Assembly: GCA_963805085.1 (NCBI GenBank)
Contig: CAWDTA010000002.1
Location: 1,376,001 to 1,440,000, forward strand
Length of the DNA: 64,000 bases
Origin: an uncultured Veillonellaceae bacterium
GTDB lineage: Bacteria; Bacillota; Negativicutes; JARBTT01
Direction of reading: 5' to 3'
Shown here one piece after another: positions 61,378-64,000 of this stretch (positions are counted from its first letter, which is position 1; each line of letters starts with the position of its first letter). Below the pieces are notes generated by a model. That model was not told where the DNA came from. It saw nothing but the letters and a program-made list of their open reading frames with translations, and made no database searches. Both the position numbers and the translations under genes were made by a program.

Positions 61378-61536
61378 TTAGCTTTTTTTGAAACTACCAC
61401 AGTCTGTACATTCAACAGTATTTGCCTTTTGAGAATTTTTTACTACCTGAATTTTGTCTAAAGTACAGTAGTCATCTTCCTTACAATGAAACGCACATTC
61501 TGGTACTGAACAACCTATGCTTGAATTATGGTTCAT
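61378..61536 (-). CDS. DUF1540 domain protein
   Basis: SIGCSVPECAFH..CTLDKIQV..TDCGSF; RBS AGGAGG. Confidence 0.85.
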   Translation of the reverse strand: MNHNSSIGCSVPECAFHCKEDDYCTLDKIQVVKNSQKANTVECTDCGSFKKS

Positions 61537-61725
61537 ATTGAGTTCCTCCTTGAATATTAATATTGATAGGAATATAATTATTTTGTCTTTCTTAATGATA
61601 ATTATGCATGGAAATTTATTAAAGTACAAAAATATATTTGCTAAGATAAAAGTTCAGGGGTAGTTTTCGGAAACACCGTCCCTGATTGTTTATTAGAGTC
61701 CCAGCGTATCAGAGGAGAATTTACA

Positions 61726-62163
61726 ATGATGAAACAAAATTTAAAAATAGGAAATATCCCCGCAATTTTATGGGGCGAAAAATCAGATATGTTATTCGTA
61801 GTGGTTCATGGTAATATGTCAAATAAGGCAGACGATGCGATTGTTGTATTTGCAGGAGAAGCAACCCCAATAGGCTATCAAGTGCTTAGTTTCGATCTGC
61901 CTGAACATGGTGATCGTAAGGATGAAGACTATCCTTGTAAAGTTCAAAACTGTGTGCAAGATCTTAATGTCATTATGTGTTATGCACGATCATTATCAAA
62001 TAAAATAAGTTTATTTGCTTGTAGTATGGGGGCATATTTTTGCCTATTAGCATATAATCATGAGCCGTTCAAACAGTGTTTGTTTCTCTCTCCTGTAGTA
62101 AATATGGAACGTATGTCCCTAGCCGTTCCAGAATATAGGGACAATCTGTCCCTTCGTCCATGA
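61726..62163 (+). pseudogene. C-terminally truncated alpha/beta hydrolase
   Basis: HGNMSNK, SFDLPEHG, ACSMG; hydrolase-like sequence stops at VVNMER where the GGGAC palindrome begins. Confidence 0.75.
62113..62160 (+). mobile_element. Collapsed RAYT/REP end remnant
   Basis: TGTCCC..GAATATAG-GGGACAATCTGTCCCTTCGTCC matches the right end at 19116-19142/20803-20820. Confidence 0.6.
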
Positions 62164-62166
62164 ACT

Positions 62167-62979
62167 TTATTCCTCGATAAATCGTGTCAATTCCTTGTTA
62201 AATTTATCGCACTCATCATAAAATAATCCGTGCCCGCTGTATTTGAACGGAACGAGCTTGGAGCTTCTAATTCCTTCATTTTGTGCAATAGCCAATGGAA
62301 ATAAACAAACTTTATCATGGATACCATGAAGAATTAAAGTGGGAACGTGTATTTTTTCAAGATCAGAAAATAGCTCTTCGTCTATCCAAGCGGCTGAAAC
62401 CGCTGCGGTGGACCAGCCTGCCGCTTGTAGTCCCATTTGGAAGAACCAATCTGAGAAGGCCTGGGATACATGTTGAAAAAAGAATGTGTCTCCAAATTCA
62501 CGCAACATTTCTGGACGGTCATTATTTGTTCCTTGAATGATTTTAATTACATCTTCTTTTTTTAGTCCATGAGGAAAATATGGTCGCTGAATAAGACTGG
62601 GAGCCGCAGCTGCAAACAGGGCAAGCTTGGATACTCCGTATCCCTTGTGACGGGTCATATAGCGAACAGCAATCGCTCCCCCCGTGGAATGTCCCCCGAG
62701 AGTGAAATCTTGCAAATCAAGTGCTTTGACCACACAGTGAATATCGTCTGTTGAGGTATCGTAGTCGTAGCCCCTCCAAGGCTTATCGGAGTTACCGAAC
62801 CCCCGAGAGTCAATTCCTATACAGCGATATCCCATCTTAGGCAGCTGATCGAACTGATATTCAAACATCCTATGGTCTGCCGGCCACCCGTGTATAAACA
62901 AGATTGTTCTCTTACCCTCTGGGTTAATGTCTTCTACATAAATCTTTACGTTTGGTTCTACTTTAATATAGAATCCCAC
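62167..62979 (-). CDS. Alpha/beta hydrolase (non-heme haloperoxidase-like)
   Basis: FIHGWP, DSRGFGNS, GHSTGG, HGIHD, SGHG. Confidence 0.92.
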   Translation of the reverse strand: MGFYIKVEPNVKIYVEDINPEGKRTILFIHGWPADHRMFEYQFDQLPKMGYRCIGIDSRGFGNSDKPWRGYDYDTSTDDIHCVVKALDLQDFTLGGHSTGGAIAVRYMTRHKGYGVSKLALFAAAAPSLIQRPYFPHGLKKEDVIKIIQGTNNDRPEMLREFGDTFFFQHVSQAFSDWFFQMGLQAAGWSTAAVSAAWIDEELFSDLEKIHVPTLILHGIHDKVCLFPLAIAQNEGIRSSKLVPFKYSGHGLFYDECDKFNKELTRFIEE

Positions 62980-63166
62980 ATACAGCCCTCCTCTAAATCA
63001 AAATCTTTACATATTACGTTATGCACTTAGTACTATAGTGTGAAACTCGGTGATGAGGCGTTTTTGTGCCATACTATTGAGGTTGGACTGGTGGCGTTGC
63101 CTTAATATTGCTTTATTTTTGATGTTTAATGAGATGCCGAGCCAAGTCTACAATGGTAATATCGAT

Positions 63167-63310
63167 AAATAGAACATAAATACTAAAAAAGAAACTCCTA
63201 CTGAATTCCGTATGAATTTGGCAAGAGTTTTGAGCTTTTATGAGAATATCTAAGTTTAATAGTTAAAAAGCCGATGGCGAGGTGACAGAAAAGAAACGTC
63301 CCCGACCGTC
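63167..63310 (+). repeat. Co-oriented intergenic repeat, last copy
   Basis: AAATAGAACATAAA..AAACTCCTACTGAATTCCGTATGAATTTGGCAAGAGTTTTGAGCTTTTATGAGAATA..GGTGACAGAAAAGAAACGTCCCCGACCGTC. Confidence 0.92.
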
Positions 63311-63328
63311 ATAGGGGGAGGTTGAGTT

Positions 63329-64000
63329 GTGATATCTTCAGAGATATTATCGTGGGAAACTGCTTTATGTTATGTTTTTCTATATGTGTCGGTTCTTTGT
63401 TTGTGGATGCCTTATAAAATTAGAATCCCAGTATGGAGTATAGTATTTAGTATAGCCTGTATTTTTGGCTTACAGAGTAATCAGATTGAATGGTATGCTA
63501 TTTTTATAATTATTTTAATAGCGTATGTCTTGCATTATACCAAAAGAAAGACAGCTCCTCTTTTAGGACGTGCGATTGCGGGAGTAATAGTTCTTTTAAT
63601 GGCATATGCGTTGGGCGCACACAAAATTCCGTATTTTCATAATTTGAAAGTACTGTCTGATGTGTATATTAGTAAAGAAAGTATTCCATTTACTTTATAT
63701 ATTAATTTTGATAAAACAATTGTAGGCCTATTTATTTTAGGGATAACCCAACGGTTGCTATCTAATAAAAATGAATGGAGTACTATGTTTAAACAAACCG
63801 TCCCTATGACCATTATGTTTGTTGTAATTCTTGTACTGTTCGCGCTGATTGCAGGGAAGATTCATTTTGATCCCAAATTGCCAGCGGGTTCACCAATTTG
63901 GGTAATAACAAACTTACTCTTGGTGTGTACGGCGGAGGAAGCATTTTTTCGTGGTTTTATTCAAGAAAGGCTTGCCCAGATTTTTCAAAGGTATGAATGG
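63329..64000 (+). CDS. CPBP-family (CAAX/Abi) intramembrane protease, runs off window
   Basis: GTG after GGGGGAGG; hydrophobic ORF with AEEAFFRGFIQ motif; absent from ORF track because no stop in window. Confidence 0.85.
   Translation, partial: MISSEILSWETALCYVFLYVSVLCLWMPYKIRIPVWSIVFSIACIFGLQSNQIEWYAIFIIILIAYVLHYTKRKTAPLLGRAIAGVIVLLMAYALGAHKIPYFHNLKVLSDVYISKESIPFTLYINFDKTIVGLFILGITQRLLSNKNEWSTMFKQTVPMTIMFVVILVLFALIAGKIHFDPKLPAGSPIWVITNLLLVCTAEEAFFRGFIQERLAQIFQRYEW

Noticed and set aside
6322-63310. CRISPR array interpretation of the dispersed repeats
   Set aside because: Copies are kilobases apart, separated by whole genes and quite divergent; no cas genes seen.
6322-63310. Classical integron with attC sites
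   Set aside because: No integron integrase in the window, no RYYYAAC/GTTRRRY box pair in the repeat, and cargo genes face both ways with their own promoters.

Overview
AT-rich chromosomal region, most likely from a spore-forming diderm Firmicute (Negativicutes, Sporomusaceae-like). The inference rests on a PagL-like outer-membrane beta-barrel occurring together with sporulation-type kinase, amidase and DUF1540 genes. The window holds about 50 short, functionally unrelated one- or two-gene modules (regulator+enzyme pairs, hydrolases, signalling proteins, fumC, selO, padC/padR, aspD), with no rRNA, tRNA or CRISPR seen. The main signal is non-coding. (1) About 23-25 whole or partial copies of one intergenic repeat (core AAACTCCTGCTGAATTTTGTATGAATTTGGCAGGAGTTTTGAGCTTTTATGAGAATATGTAATTTTAATATCAAAAAG) lie between modules, and every copy I found is in the same orientation, with compensatory changes in the hairpin. 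(2) There are decayed REP-associated tyrosine transposase (RAYT)-like elements with GGGACA..TGTCCC palindromes. (3) A 514-bp direct duplication starts exactly at one such palindrome and runs into the yyaL-like gene, whose 3' end is also repeated 21.8 kb downstream next to a repeat copy. (4) An IS1182-family element sits inside a palindrome with a 9-bp target duplication. (5) Several genes are truncated or internally deleted. Together these suggest a repeat-punctuated, integron-like gene-accretion region, possibly driven by HUH/REP activity; the mechanism is inference, not demonstrated. All coordinates and counts were read by eye.
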